A DNA stretch of 64,000 nt, taken from NCBI GenBank assembly GCA_964057225.1, contig OZ059895.1, forward strand, positions 10,974,001-11,038,000, in the 5' to 3' direction. A model generated the notes under the pieces. It did not search any database and was not told where the DNA came from. It was given only the letters and a program-made list of their open reading frames with translations. A program made the position numbers and the translations under genes. The DNA comes from Auanema rhodensis. Lineage: Eukaryota > Animalia > Nematoda. Position 1 is the first letter of the stretch, and each line of letters opens with the position of its first letter. Shown in pieces: positions 1-12,761 of the stretch.

Positions 1-398
1 GATTGAATATAATTTGCTGCTTTGGGTTGAGCTATCTAAGTAAATCTACTTGAAAAGTGAAAACATTTGTTACAGAAGAGATAAAATTGAAAATCAGCTG
101 CATGGCGTACTTTCAACGTGGTATAGTTGTAAGCAAAAATATCTGATATTCAATGATTTACATACTTATCCTCGTTATAGTTTTTTTCCAATTTCCTGTT
201 AGTTATGTAATTTTCGACGTTTCATCTGGATCCCTCGATGATAGCAATTCTTATAAGCTCCAAATACAATAAATTGAAAAAGGTTTCAAAGTTGTATAGT
301 GTTTAAACAATGTTTGTTTCGATAGGAAAAAGATAGAAACAGTAAAGTTAAGATGAAGGTTCATTGACTACTGGTTTATAACTGTATTATAGCAATAA
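1..398. repeat. Representative monomer (phase arbitrary), 398 bp; near-universal PvuII site (cagctg), with polymorphic HindIII, BamHI, EcoRV and PmeI sites among copies
   Basis: The sequence restarts with gattgaatataatttgctgc at 399. cagctg lies at 95-100. aagctt, ggatcc, gatatc and gtttaaac are each present only in subsets of monomers. Confidence 0.97.
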
Positions 399-3300
399 GA
401 TTGAATATAATTTGCTGCTTTGGGTTGAGCTATCTAAGTGAAACTACTTGAAAAGTGAAAAAATTTGTTACGGAAGAGATAAAATTGAAAATCAGCTGCA
501 TGACATACTTTCAACGTGGTATAGTTGAGAGCGAAAATATCTGATTTTCAATGATTTACATACTTATCCTCGTTATAGTTTTCTTCCAATTTCATGTTAG
601 TTATGTAACTTTCCACGTTCCATCTCGTTTCCTCGATGATATCAAAGCTTATGTGCTCCAAATACAATAAATAAAAAAAGGGTTTCACAGTTGTATAGTG
701 TTTAAACAATGTTTGTTTCGATAGGAAATAGATAAAAACAGTAAAGTTAAGATGAAGGTTCATTAACTACTGGTTTATGACTGTAATATAGAAATAAGAT
801 TGAAGATAATTTGCTGCCTCCGGTTGAGCTATCTAAGTAAATCTACTTGAAAAGTGAAAACATTTGTTACGGAAGAGATAAAATTGAAAATCAGCTGCAT
901 GACGTACTTTCAACGTGGTATAGTTGTAAGCGAAAATATCTGATATTCAATGATTAACATACTTATCCTCGTTATAGTTTTTTTTCCAATTTCATGTTAG
1001 TTAAGTAATTTTCCACGTTGCATCTGGTTCCCTCGATGATATCAAATCTTATGTGCTCCAAATACAATAAATTGAAAAAGGTTTCACAGTTGTATAGTGT
1101 CTAAACAATGTTTGTTTCGATAGGAAATAGATAGAAACAGTAAAGTTAAAATGAAGGTTCATTAACTACTGGTTTATAACTGTAATGTAGAAATAAGATT
1201 AAAGATAATTTGCTGCCTTGGGTTGAGCTACCTAAGTAAAACTACTTGAAAATCGGAAACATTTGTTACAGAAGAGATAAAATTGAAAATCAGCTGCATG
1301 GCGTGCTTTCAACGTGGTATAGTTGTAAGCGAAAATATCTGATATTCAATGATTAACATACTTATCCTCGTTATAGTTTTTTTTCCAATTTCATGTTAGT
1401 TATGTAATTTTCCACTTGCCATCTGGTTCCCTCGATGATATCAAAGCTTATGTGCTCCAAATACAATAAATCAAAAAAGGGTTTCACAGTAGTATAGTGT
1501 TTAAACAATGTTTGTTTCGATAGGAAATAGATAAAAACAGTAAAGTTAAGATGAAGGTTCATTAACTACTGGTTTATGACTGTAATATAGAAATAAGATT
1601 GAAGATAATTTGCGCCCTCCGGTTGAGCTATCTAAGTAAATCTACTTGAAAAGTGAAAACATTTGTTACAGAAGAGATAAAATTGAAAATCAGCTGCATG
1701 GCGTACTTTCAACGTGGTATAGTTGTAAGCAAAAATATCTGATATTCAATGATTTACATACTTATCCTCGTTATAGTTTTTTTCCAATTTCATGTTAGTT
1801 ATGTAATTTTCCAAGTTCCATCTGGTTCCCTTGATGATATCAAATCTTATGTGCTCCAAATACAATAATTTAAACAAGGTTTCAAAGTTGTATAGTGTTT
1901 AAACAATGTTTGTTTCGATAGGAAAAAGATAGAAACAGTAAAGTTAAGATGAAGGTTCATTAACTACTGGTTTATAACTGTAATATAGAAAAAAGATTGA
2001 AGATAACTTGCTGCCTTGGTTTGAGCTATCTAAGTGAAACGACTTGAAAAGTGAAAACATTTATTACGGAAGAGATAAAATTGAAAATCAGCTGCATGGC
2101 GTACTTTCAACGTGGTATAGTTGTAAGCAAAAATATCTGATATTCAATGATTTACATACTTATCCTCGTTATAGTTTTTTTCCAATTTCATGTTAGTTAT
2201 GTAATTTTCCAAGTTCCATCTGGTTCCCTTGATGATATCAAATCTTATGTGTTCCAAATACAATAAATTGAAAAAGGTTTCAAAGTTGTATAGTGTTTAA
2301 ACAATGTTTGTTTCGATAGGAAAAAGATAGAAACAGTAAAGTTAAGATGAAGGTTCATTGACTACTGGTTTATAACTGTATTATAGAAATAAGATTAAAG
2401 ATAATTTGCTGCCTTGGGTTGAGCTACCTAAGTAAAACTACTTGAAAATCGGAAACATTTGTTACAGAAGAGATAAAATTGAAAATCAGCTGCATGGCGT
2501 GCTTTCAACGTGGAATAGTTGTAAGCGAAAATATCTGATATTCAATGATTAACATACGTATCCTCGTTATAGTTTTTTTTCCAATTTCATGTTAGTTATG
2601 TAATTTTCCACGTGCCATCTGGTTTCCTCGATGATATCAAAGCTTATGTGCTCCAAATACAATAAATCAAAAAAGGGTTTCACAGTAGTATAGTGTTTAA
2701 ACAATGTTTGTTTTGATAGGAAATATATAGAAACAGTAAAGTTAAGATGAAGGTTCATTAACTACTGGTTTATGACTGTAATATAGAAATAAGATTGAAG
2801 ATAATTTGCTGCCTCCGGTTGAGCTATCTAAGTAAATCTACTTGAAAAGTGAAAAAATTTGTTACGGAAGAGATAAAATTGAAAATCAGCTGCATGTCGT
2901 ACTTTCAACGTGGTATAGTTGAAAGCGAAAATATCTGGTATTCAATGATTTACATACTTATCCTCGTTATAGTTTTTTTTCCAATTTCCTGTTAGTTATG
3001 TAATTTTCGACGTTCCATCTGGATCCCTCGATGATAGCAATTCTTATAAGCTCCAAATACAATAAATTAAAAAAGGTTTCACAGTAGTATAGTGTTTAAA
3101 CAATGTTTGTTTCGATAGGAAAAAGATAGAAACAGTAAAGTTAAGATGAAGGTTCATTGACTACTGGTTTATAACTGTAATATAGAAAAAAGATTGAAGA
3201 TAACTTGCTGCCTTGGTTTGAGCTATCTAAGTGAAACGACTTGAAAAGTGAAAACATTTGTTACGGAAGAGATAAAATTGAAAATCAGCTGCATGGCGTA

Positions 3301-5798
3301 CTTTCAACGTGGTATAGTTGTGAGCAAAAATATCTGATATTCAATGATTTACATACTTATCCTCGTTATAGTTTTTTTCCAATTTCATGTTAGTTATGTA
3401 ATTTTCCACGTTCCATCTGGTTCCCTTGATGATATCAAATCTTATTGCTCCAAATACAACAAATTAAAAAAGGTTTCACAGTTGTATAGTGTTCAAACAA
3501 TGTTTGTTTTGATAGGAAGTAGATAGAAACAGTGAAGTTAAAAAGAAGGTTCATTAACTACTGGTTTATAACTGTATTATAGCAATAAGATTGAATATAA
3601 TTTGCTGCTTTGGGTTGAGCTATCTAAGTAAATCTACTTGAAAAGTGAAAACATTTGTTACAGAAGAGATAAAATTGAAAATCAGCTGCATGGCGTACTT
3701 TCAACGTGGTATAGTTGTAAGCAAAAATATCTGATATTCAATGATTTACATACTTATCCTCGTTATAGTTTTTTTCCAATTTCCTGTTAGTTATGTAATT
3801 TTCGACGTTTCATCTGGATCCCTCGATGATAGCAATTCTTATAAGCTCCAAATACAATAAATTGAAAAAGGTTTCAAAGTTGTATAGTGTTTAAACAATG
3901 TTTGTTTCGATAGGAAAAAGATAGAAACAGTAAAGTTAAGATGAAGGTTCATTGACTACTGGTTTATAACTGTATTATAGCAATAAGATTGAATATAATT
4001 TGCTGCTTTGGGTTGAGCTATCTAAGTGAAACTACTTGAAAAGTGAAAAAATTTGTTACGGAAGAGATAAAATTGAAAATCAGCTGCATGACATACTTTC
4101 AACGTGGTATAGTTGAGAGCGAAAATATCTGATTTTCAATGATTTACATACTTATCCTCGTTATAGTTTTCTTCCAATTTCATGTTAGTTATGTAACTTT
4201 CCACGTTCCATCTCGTTTCCTCGATGATATCAAAGCTTATGTGCTCCAAATACAATAAATAAAAAAAGGGTTTCACAGTTGTATAGTGTTTAAACAATGT
4301 TTGTTTCGATAGGAAATAGATAAAAACAGTAAAGTTAAGATGAAGGTTCATTAACTACTGGTTTATGACTGTAATATAGAAATAAGATTGAAGATAATTT
4401 GCTGCCTCCGGTTGAGCTATCTAAGTAAATCTACTTGAAAAGTGAAAACATTTGTTACGGAAGAGATAAAATTAAAAATCAGCTGCATGACGTACTTTCA
4501 ACGTGGTATAGTTGTAAGCGAAAATATCTGATATTCAATGATTAACATACTTATCCTCGTTATAGTTTTTTTTCCAATTTCATGTTAGTTAAGTAATTTT
4601 CCACGTTGCATCTGGTTCCCTCGATGATATCAAATCTTATGTGCTCCAAATACAATAAATTGAAAAAGGTTTCACAGTTGTATAGTGTCTAAACAATGTT
4701 TGTTTCGATAGGAAATAGATAGAAACAGTAAAGTTAAAATGAAGGTTCATTAACTACTGGTTTATAACTGTAATGTAGAAATAAGATTAAAGATAATTTG
4801 CTGCCTTGGGTTGAGCTACCTAAGTAAAACTACTTGAAAATCGGAAACATTTGTTACAGAAGAGATAAAATTGAAAATCAGCTGCATGGCGTGCTTTCAA
4901 CGTGGTATAGTTGTAAGCGAAAATATCTGATATTCAATGATTAACATACTTATCCTCGTTATAGTTTTTTTTCCAATTTCATGTTAGTTATGTAATTTTC
5001 CACTTGCCATCTGGTTCCCTCGATGATATCAAAGCTTATGTGCTCCAAATACAATAAATCAAAAAAGGGTTTCACAGTAGTATAGTGTTTAAACAATGTT
5101 TGTTTCGATAGGAAATAGATAAAAACAGTAAAGTTAAGATGAAGGTTCATTAACTACTGGTTTATGACTGTAATATAGAAATAAGATTGAAGATAATTTG
5201 CGCCCTCCGGTTGAGCTATCTAAGTAAATCTACTTGAAAAGTGAAAACATTTGTTACAGAAGAGATAAAATTGAAAATCAGCTGCATGGCGTACTTTCAA
5301 CGTGGTATAGTTGTAAGCAAAAATATCTGATATTCAATGATTTACATACTTATCCTCGTTATAGTTTTTTTCCAATTTCATGTTAGTTATGTAATTTTCC
5401 AAATTCCATCTGGTTCCCTTGATGATATCAAATCTTATGTGCTCCAAATACAATAATTTAAACAAGGTTTCAAAGTTGTATAGTGTTTAAACAATGTTTG
5501 TTTCGATAGGAAAAAGATAGAAACAGTAAAGTTAAGATGAAGGTTCATTAACTACTGGTTTATAACTGTAATATAGAAAAAAGATTGAAGATAACTTGCT
5601 GCCTTGGTTTGAGCTATCTAAGTGAAACGACTTGAAAAGTGAAAACATTTATTACGGAAGAGATAAAATTGAAAATCAGCTGCATGGCGTACTTTCAACG
5701 TGGTATAGTTGTAAGCAAAAATATCTGATATTCAATGATTTACATACTTATCCTCGTTATAGTTTTTTTCCAATTTCATGTTAGTTATGTAATTTTCC
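1..5798. repeat. Block duplication with 9-monomer offset (3588 bp): ~1-2210 matches ~3589-5798
   Basis: Identical ORF translations at 548/4136 and 1371/4959 (both offset 3588). Private variants such as gttgagagcg, ttcttccaat and catctcgtttcc are shared by both copies. Confidence 0.93.
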
Positions 5799-8700
5799 AC
5801 GTTCCATCTGGTTCCCTTGATGATATCAAATCTTATGTGCTCCAAATACAACAAATTAGAAAAGGTTTCACAGTTGTATAGTGTTAAAACAATGTTTGTT
5901 TCAATAGGAAATAGATAGAAACAGTGAAGTTAAAAAGAAGGTTCATTAACTACTGGTTTATAACTGTATTATAGCAATAAGTTTGAATATAATTTGCTGC
6001 TTTGGGTTGAGCTATCTAAGTGAAACTACTTGAAAATTGAAAACATTTGTTACGGAAGAGATAAAATTGAAAATCAGCTGCATGACGTACTTTCAACGTG
6101 GTATTGTTGTAAGCAAAAATATCTGATATTCAATGATTTACATACTTATCCTTCGTATAGTTTTTTTCCAATTTCATGTCAGTTATGTAATTTTCCACGT
6201 TTCATCTGGTTCCCTCGATGATATCAATTCTTATGTGCTCCAAATACAAGAAATTAAAAAAGGTTTCACAGTTGTATAGTGTTTAGACAATGTTTGTTTC
6301 GAAAGGAAAAAGATAGAAACAGTAAAGTTAAGATGAAGGTTCATTAACTACTGGTTTATAACTGTATTATAGCAATAAGTTTGGATATAATTTGCTGCTT
6401 TGGGTTGAGCTATCTAAGTGAAACTACTTGAAAATTGAAAACATTTGTTACGGAAGAGATAAAATTGAAAATCAGCTGCATGGCGTACTTTCAACGTGGT
6501 ATAGTTGTGAGCAAAAATATCTGAGATTCAATGATTTACATACTTATCCTCGTTATAGTTTTTTTCCAATTTCATGTTAGTTATGTAACTTTCCACGTTC
6601 CATCTGGTTCCCTCGATGATATCAAAGCTTATGTGCTCCAAATACAATAAATCAAAAAAGGGTTTCACAGTTGTATAGTGTTTAAACAATGTTTGTTTCG
6701 ATAGGAAATAGATAAAAACAGTAAAGTTAAGATGAAGGTTCATTAACTACTGGTTTATGACTGTAATATAGAAATAAGATTGAAGATAATTTGCTGCCTC
6801 CGGTTGAGCTATCTAAGTAAATCTACTTGAAAAGTGAAAACATTTGTTACGGAAGAGATAAAATTGAAAATCAGCTGCATGACGTACTTTCAACGTGGTA
6901 TTGTTGTAAGCAAAAATATCTGATATTCAATGATTTACATACTTATCCTTCGTATAGTTTTTTTCCAATTTCATGTCAGTTATGTAATTTTCCACGTTTC
7001 ATCTGGTTCCCTCGATGATATCAATTCTTATGTGCTCCAAATACAAGAAATTAAAAAAGGTTTCACAGTTGTATAGTGTTTAGACAATGTTTGTTTCGAA
7101 AGGAAAAAGATAGAAACAGTAAAGTTAAGATGAAGGTTCATTAACTACTGGTTTATGACTGTAATATAGAAATAAGATTGAATATAATTTGCTGCTTTGG
7201 GTTGAGCTATCTAAGTGAGACTACTTGAAAATTGAAAACATTTGTTACGGAAGAGATAAAATTGAAAATCAGCTGCATGACGTACTTTCAACGTGGTATT
7301 GTTGTAAGCAAAAATATCTGATATTCAATAATTAACATACTTATCCTCGTTATAGTTTTTTTTCCAATTTCATGTTAGTTATGTAATTTTCTACGTTGCA
7401 TCTGGTTCCCTCGATGATATCAAATCTTATGTGCTCCAAATACAATAAATTGAAAAAGGTTTCACAGTTGTATAGTGTCTGAACAATGTTTGTTTCGATA
7501 GGAAATAGATAGAAACAGTAAAGTTAAAATGAAGGTTCATTAACTACTGGTTTATAACTGTAATGTAGAAATAAGATTAAAGATAATTTGCTGCCTTGGG
7601 TTGAGCTACCTAAGTAAAACTACTTGAAAATCGGAAACATTTGTTACAGAAGAGATAAAATTGAAAATCAGCTGCATGGCGTGCTTTCAACGTGGTATAG
7701 TTGTAAGCGAAAATATCTGATATTCAATGATTAACATACTTATCCTCGTTATAGTTTTTTTTCCAATTTCATGTTAGTTATGTAATTTTCCACGTGCCAT
7801 CTGGTTCCCTCGATGATATCAAAGCTTATGTGCTTCAAATACAATAAATCAAAAAAGGGTTTCACAGTAGTATAGTGTTTAGACAATGTTTGTTTCGATA
7901 GGAAATAGATAAAAACAGTGAAGTTAAGATGAAGGTTCATTAACTACTGGTTTATGACTGTAATATAGAAATAAGATTGAAGATAATTTGCTGCCTCCGG
8001 TTGAGCTATCTAAGTAAATCTACTTGAAAAGTGAAAACATTTGTTACGGAAGAGATAAAATTGAAAATCAGCTGCATGACGTACTTTCAACGTGGTATTG
8101 TTGTAAGCAAAAATATCTGATATTCAATGATTTACATACTTATCCTTCGTATAGTTTTTTTCCAATTTCATGTCAGTTATGTAATTTTCCACGTTTCATC
8201 TGGTTCCCTCGATGATATCAATTCTTATGTGCTCCAAATACAAGAAATTAAAAAAGGTTTCACAGTTGTATAGTGTTTAGACAATGTTTGTTTCGAAAGG
8301 AAAAAGATAGAAACAGTAAAGTTAAGATGAAGGTTCATTAACTACTGGTTTATGACTGTAATATAGAAATAAGATTGAATATAATTTGCTGCTTTGGGTT
8401 GAGCTATCTAAGTGAGACTACTTGAAAATTGAAAACATTTGTTACGGAAGAGATAAAATTGAAAATCAGCTGCATGACGTACTTTCAACGTGGTATTGTT
8501 GTAAGCAAAAATATCTGATATTCAATGATTAACATACTTATCCTCGTTATAGTTTTTTTTCCAATTTCATGTTAGTTATGTAATTTTCTACGTTGCATCT
8601 GGTTCCCTCGATGATATCAAATCTTATGTGCTCCAAATACAATAAATTGAAAAAGGTTTCACAGTTGTATAGTGTCTGAACAATGTTTGTTTCGATAGGA

Positions 8701-11700
8701 AATAGATAGAAACAGTAAAGTTAAAATGAAGGTTCATTAACTACTGGTTTATAACTGTAATGTAGAAATAAGATTAAAGATAATTTGCTGCCTTGGGTTG
8801 AGCTACCTAAGTAAAACTACTTGAAAATCGGAAACATTTGTTACAGAAGAGATAAAATTGAAAATCAGCTGCATGGCGTGCTTTCAACGTGGTATAGTTG
8901 TAAGCGAAAATATCTGATATTCAATGATTAACATACTTATCCTCGTTATAGTTTTTTTTCCAATTTCATGTTAGTTATGTAATTTTCCACGTGCCATCTG
9001 GTTCCCTCGATGATATCAAAGCTTATGTGCTTCAAATACAATAAATCAAAAAAGGGTTTCACAGTAGTATAGTGTTTAGACAATGTTTGTTTCGATAGGA
9101 AATAGATAAAAACAGTGAAGTTAAGATGAAGGTTCATTAACTACTGGTTTATGACTGTAATATAGAAATAAGATTGAAGATAATTTGCGCCCTCCGGTTG
9201 AGCTATCTAAGTAAATCTACTTGAAAAGTGAAAACATTTGTTACAGAAGAGATAAAATTGAAAATCAGCTGCATGGCGTACTTTCAACGTGGTATAGTTG
9301 TAAGCAAAAATATCTGATATTCAATGATTTACATACTTATCCTCGTTATAGTTTTTTTCCAATTTCATGTTAGTTATGTAATTTTCCAAGTTCCATCTGG
9401 TTCCCTTGATGATATCAAATCTTATGTGCTCCAAATACAATGATTTAAACAAGGTTTCAAAGTTGTATAGTGTTTAAACAATGTTTGTTTCGATAGGATA
9501 AAGATAGAAACAGTGAAGGTAAGATGAAGGTTCATTAACTACTGGTTTATAACTGTAATATAGAAAAAAGATTGAAGATAACTTGCTGCCTTGGTTTGAG
9601 CTATCTAAGTGAAACGACTTGAAAAGTGAAAACATTTATTACGGAAGAGATAAAATTGAAAATCAGCTGCATGGCGTACTTTCAACGTGGTATAGTTGTA
9701 AGCAAAAATATCTGATATTCAATGATTTACATACTTATCCTCGTTATAGTTTTTTTCCAATTTCATGTTAGTTATGTAATTTTCCACGTTCCATCTGGTT
9801 CCCTTGATGATATCAAATCTTATTGCTCCAAATACAACAAATTAAAAAAGGTTTCACAGTTGTATAGTGTTCAAACAATGTTTGTTTTGATAGGAAGTAG
9901 ATAGAAACAGTGAAGTTAAAAAGAAGGTTCATTAACTACTGGTTTATAACTGTATTATAGCAATAAGATTGAATATAATTTGCTGCTTTGGGTTGAGCTA
10001 TCTAATTGAGACTACTTGAAAATTGAAAACATTTGTTACGGAAGAGATAAAATTGAAAATCAGCTGCATGACGTACTTTCAACGTGGTATAGTTGTAAGC
10101 GAAAATATCTGATATTCAATGATTAACATACTTATCCTCGTTATAGTTTTTTTTCCAATTTCATGTTAGTTATGTAATTTTCCACGTTGCATCTGGTTCC
10201 CTCGATGATATCAAATCTTATGTGCTCCAAATACAATAAATTGAAAAAGGTTTCACAGTTGTATAGTGTCTAAACAATGTTTGTTTCGATAGGAAATAGA
10301 TAGAAACAGTAATGTTAAAATGAAGGTTCATTAACTACTGGTTTATAACTGTAATGTAGAAATAAGATTAAAGATAATTTGCTGCCTTGGGTTGAGCTAC
10401 CTAAGTAAAACTACTTGAAAATCGGAAACATTTGTTACAGAAGAGATAAAATTGAAAATCAGCTGCATGGCGTGCTTTCAACGTGGTATAGTTGTAAGCG
10501 AAAATATCTGATATTCAATGATTAACATACTTATCCTCGTTATAGTTTTTTTTCCAATTTCATGTTAGTTATGTAATTTTCCACTTGCCATCTGGTTCCC
10601 TCGATGATATCAAAGCTTATGTGCTCCAAATACAATAAATCAAAAAAGGGTTTCACAGTAGTATAGTGTTTAAACAATGTTTGTTTCGATAGGAAATAGA
10701 TAAAAACAGTAAAGTTAAGATGAAGGTTCATTAACTACTGGTTTATGACTGTAATATAGAAATAAGATTGAAGATAATTTGCGCCCTCCGGTTGAGCTAT
10801 CTAAGTAAATCTACTTGAAAAGTGAAAACATTTGTTACAGAAGAGATAAAATTGAAAATCAGCTGCATGGCGTACTTTCAACGTGGTATAGTTGTAAGCA
10901 AAAATATCTGATATTCAATGATTTACATACTTATCCTCGTTATAGTTTTTTTCCAATTTCATGTTAGTTATGTAATTTTCCAAGTTCCATCTGGTTCCCT
11001 TGATGATATCAAATCTTATGTGCTCCAAATACAATAATTTAAACAAGGTTTCAAAGTTGTATAGTGTTTAAACAATGTTTGTTTCGATAGGAAAAAGATA
11101 GAAACAGTAAAGTTAAGATGAAGGTTCATTAACTACTGGTTTATAACTGTAATATAGAAAAAAGATTGAAGATAACTTGCTGCCTTGGTTTGAGCTATCT
11201 AAGTGAAACGACTTGAAAAGTGAAAACATTTATTACGGAAGAGATAAAATTGAAAATCAGCTGCATGGCGTACTTTCAACGTGGTATAGTTGTAAGCAAA
11301 AATATCTGATATTCAATGATTTACATACTTATCCTCGTTATAGTTTTTTTCCAATTTCATGTTAGTTATGTAATTTTCCACGTTCCATCTGGTTCCCTTG
11401 ATGATATCAAATCTTATGTGCTCCAAATACAACAAATTAAAAAAGGTTTCACAGTTGTATAGTGTTAAAACAATGTTTGTTTCAATAGGAAATAGATAGA
11501 AACAGTGAAGTTAAAAAGAAGGTTCATTAACTACTGGTTTATAACTGTATTATAGCAATAAGTTTGAATATAATTTGCTGCTTTGGGTTGAGCTATCTAA
11601 GTGAAACTACTTGAAAATTGAAAACATTTGTTACGGAAGAGATAAAATTGAAAATCAGCTGCATGACGTACTTTCAACGTGGTATTGTTGTAAGCAAAAA

Positions 11701-12761
11701 TATCTGATATTCAATGATTTACATACTTATCCTTCGTATAGTTTTTTTCCAATTTCATGTCAGTTATGTAATTTTCCACGTTTCATCTGGTTCCCTCGAT
11801 GATATCAATTCTTATGTGCTCCAAATACAAGAAATTAAAAAAGGTTTCACAGTTGTATAGTGTTTAGACAATGTTTGTTTCGAAAGGAAAAAGATAGAAA
11901 CAGTAAAGTTAAGATGAAGGTTCATTAACTACTGGTTTATAACTGTATTATAGCAATAAGTTTGGATATAATTTGCTGCTTTGGGTTGAGCTATCTAAGT
12001 GAAACTACTTGAAAATTGAAAACATTTGTTACGGAAGAGATAAAATTGAAAATCAGCTGCATGGCGTACTTTCAACGTGGTATAGTTGTGAGCAAAAATA
12101 TCTGAGATTCAATGATTTACATACTTATCCTCGTTATAGTTTTTTTCCAATTTCATGTTAGTTATGTAACTTTCCACGTTCCATCTGGTTCCCTCGATGA
12201 TATCAAAGCTTATGTGCTCCAAATACAATAAATCAAAAAAGGGTTTCACAGTTGTATAGTGTTTAAACAATGTTTGTTTCGATAGGAAATAGATAAAAAC
12301 AGTAAAGTTAAGATGAAGGTTCATTAACTACTGGTTTATGACTGTAATATAGAAATAAGATTGAAGATAATTTGCTGCCTCCGGTTGAGCTATCTAAGTA
12401 AATCTACTTGAAAAGTGAAAACATTTGTTACGGAAGAGATAAAATTGAAAATCAGCTGCATGACGTACTTTCAACGTGGTATTGTTGTAAGCAAAAATAT
12501 CTGATATTCAATGATTTACATACTTATCCTTCGTATAGTTTTTTTCCAATTTCATGTCAGTTATGTAATTTTCCACGTTTCATCTGGTTCCCTCGATGAT
12601 ATCAATTCTTATGTGCTCCAAATACAAGAAATTAAAAAAGGTTTCACAGTTGTATAGTGTTTAGACAATGTTTGTTTCGAAAGGAAAAAGATAGAAACAG
12701 TAAAGTTAAGATGAAGGTTCATTAACTACTGGTTTATGACTGTAATATAGAAATAAGATTG
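4445..12761. repeat. Block duplication with 14-monomer offset (5581 bp): ~4445-7180 matches ~10026-12761
   Basis: Four ORF pairs share offset 5581 (4959/10540, 6030/11611, 6528/12109, 6827/12408). Confidence 0.92.
6724..9188. repeat. Tandem 3-monomer higher-order repeat (1197 bp), ~2 copies
   Basis: ORFs 6827/8024 and 7749/8946 are identical at offset 1197. Shared private variants include gtgagacta, ctacgttgca, gtctgaac and gcttcaaat. Confidence 0.93.

Noticed and set aside
316-335. Possible CENP-B box at tttcgatagg
   Set aside because: Only TTCG matches. The required A and CGGG positions of the 17-bp box are absent.
811-832. Minus-strand TAGCTCAACCGG matches the Pol III A-box consensus and looks like a tRNA D-arm start
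   Set aside because: There is no B-box (GTTCRA) at a suitable distance and no anticodon, T or acceptor stems, and this segment is among the most variable in the monomer. tRNAscan-SE or Infernal would settle it.
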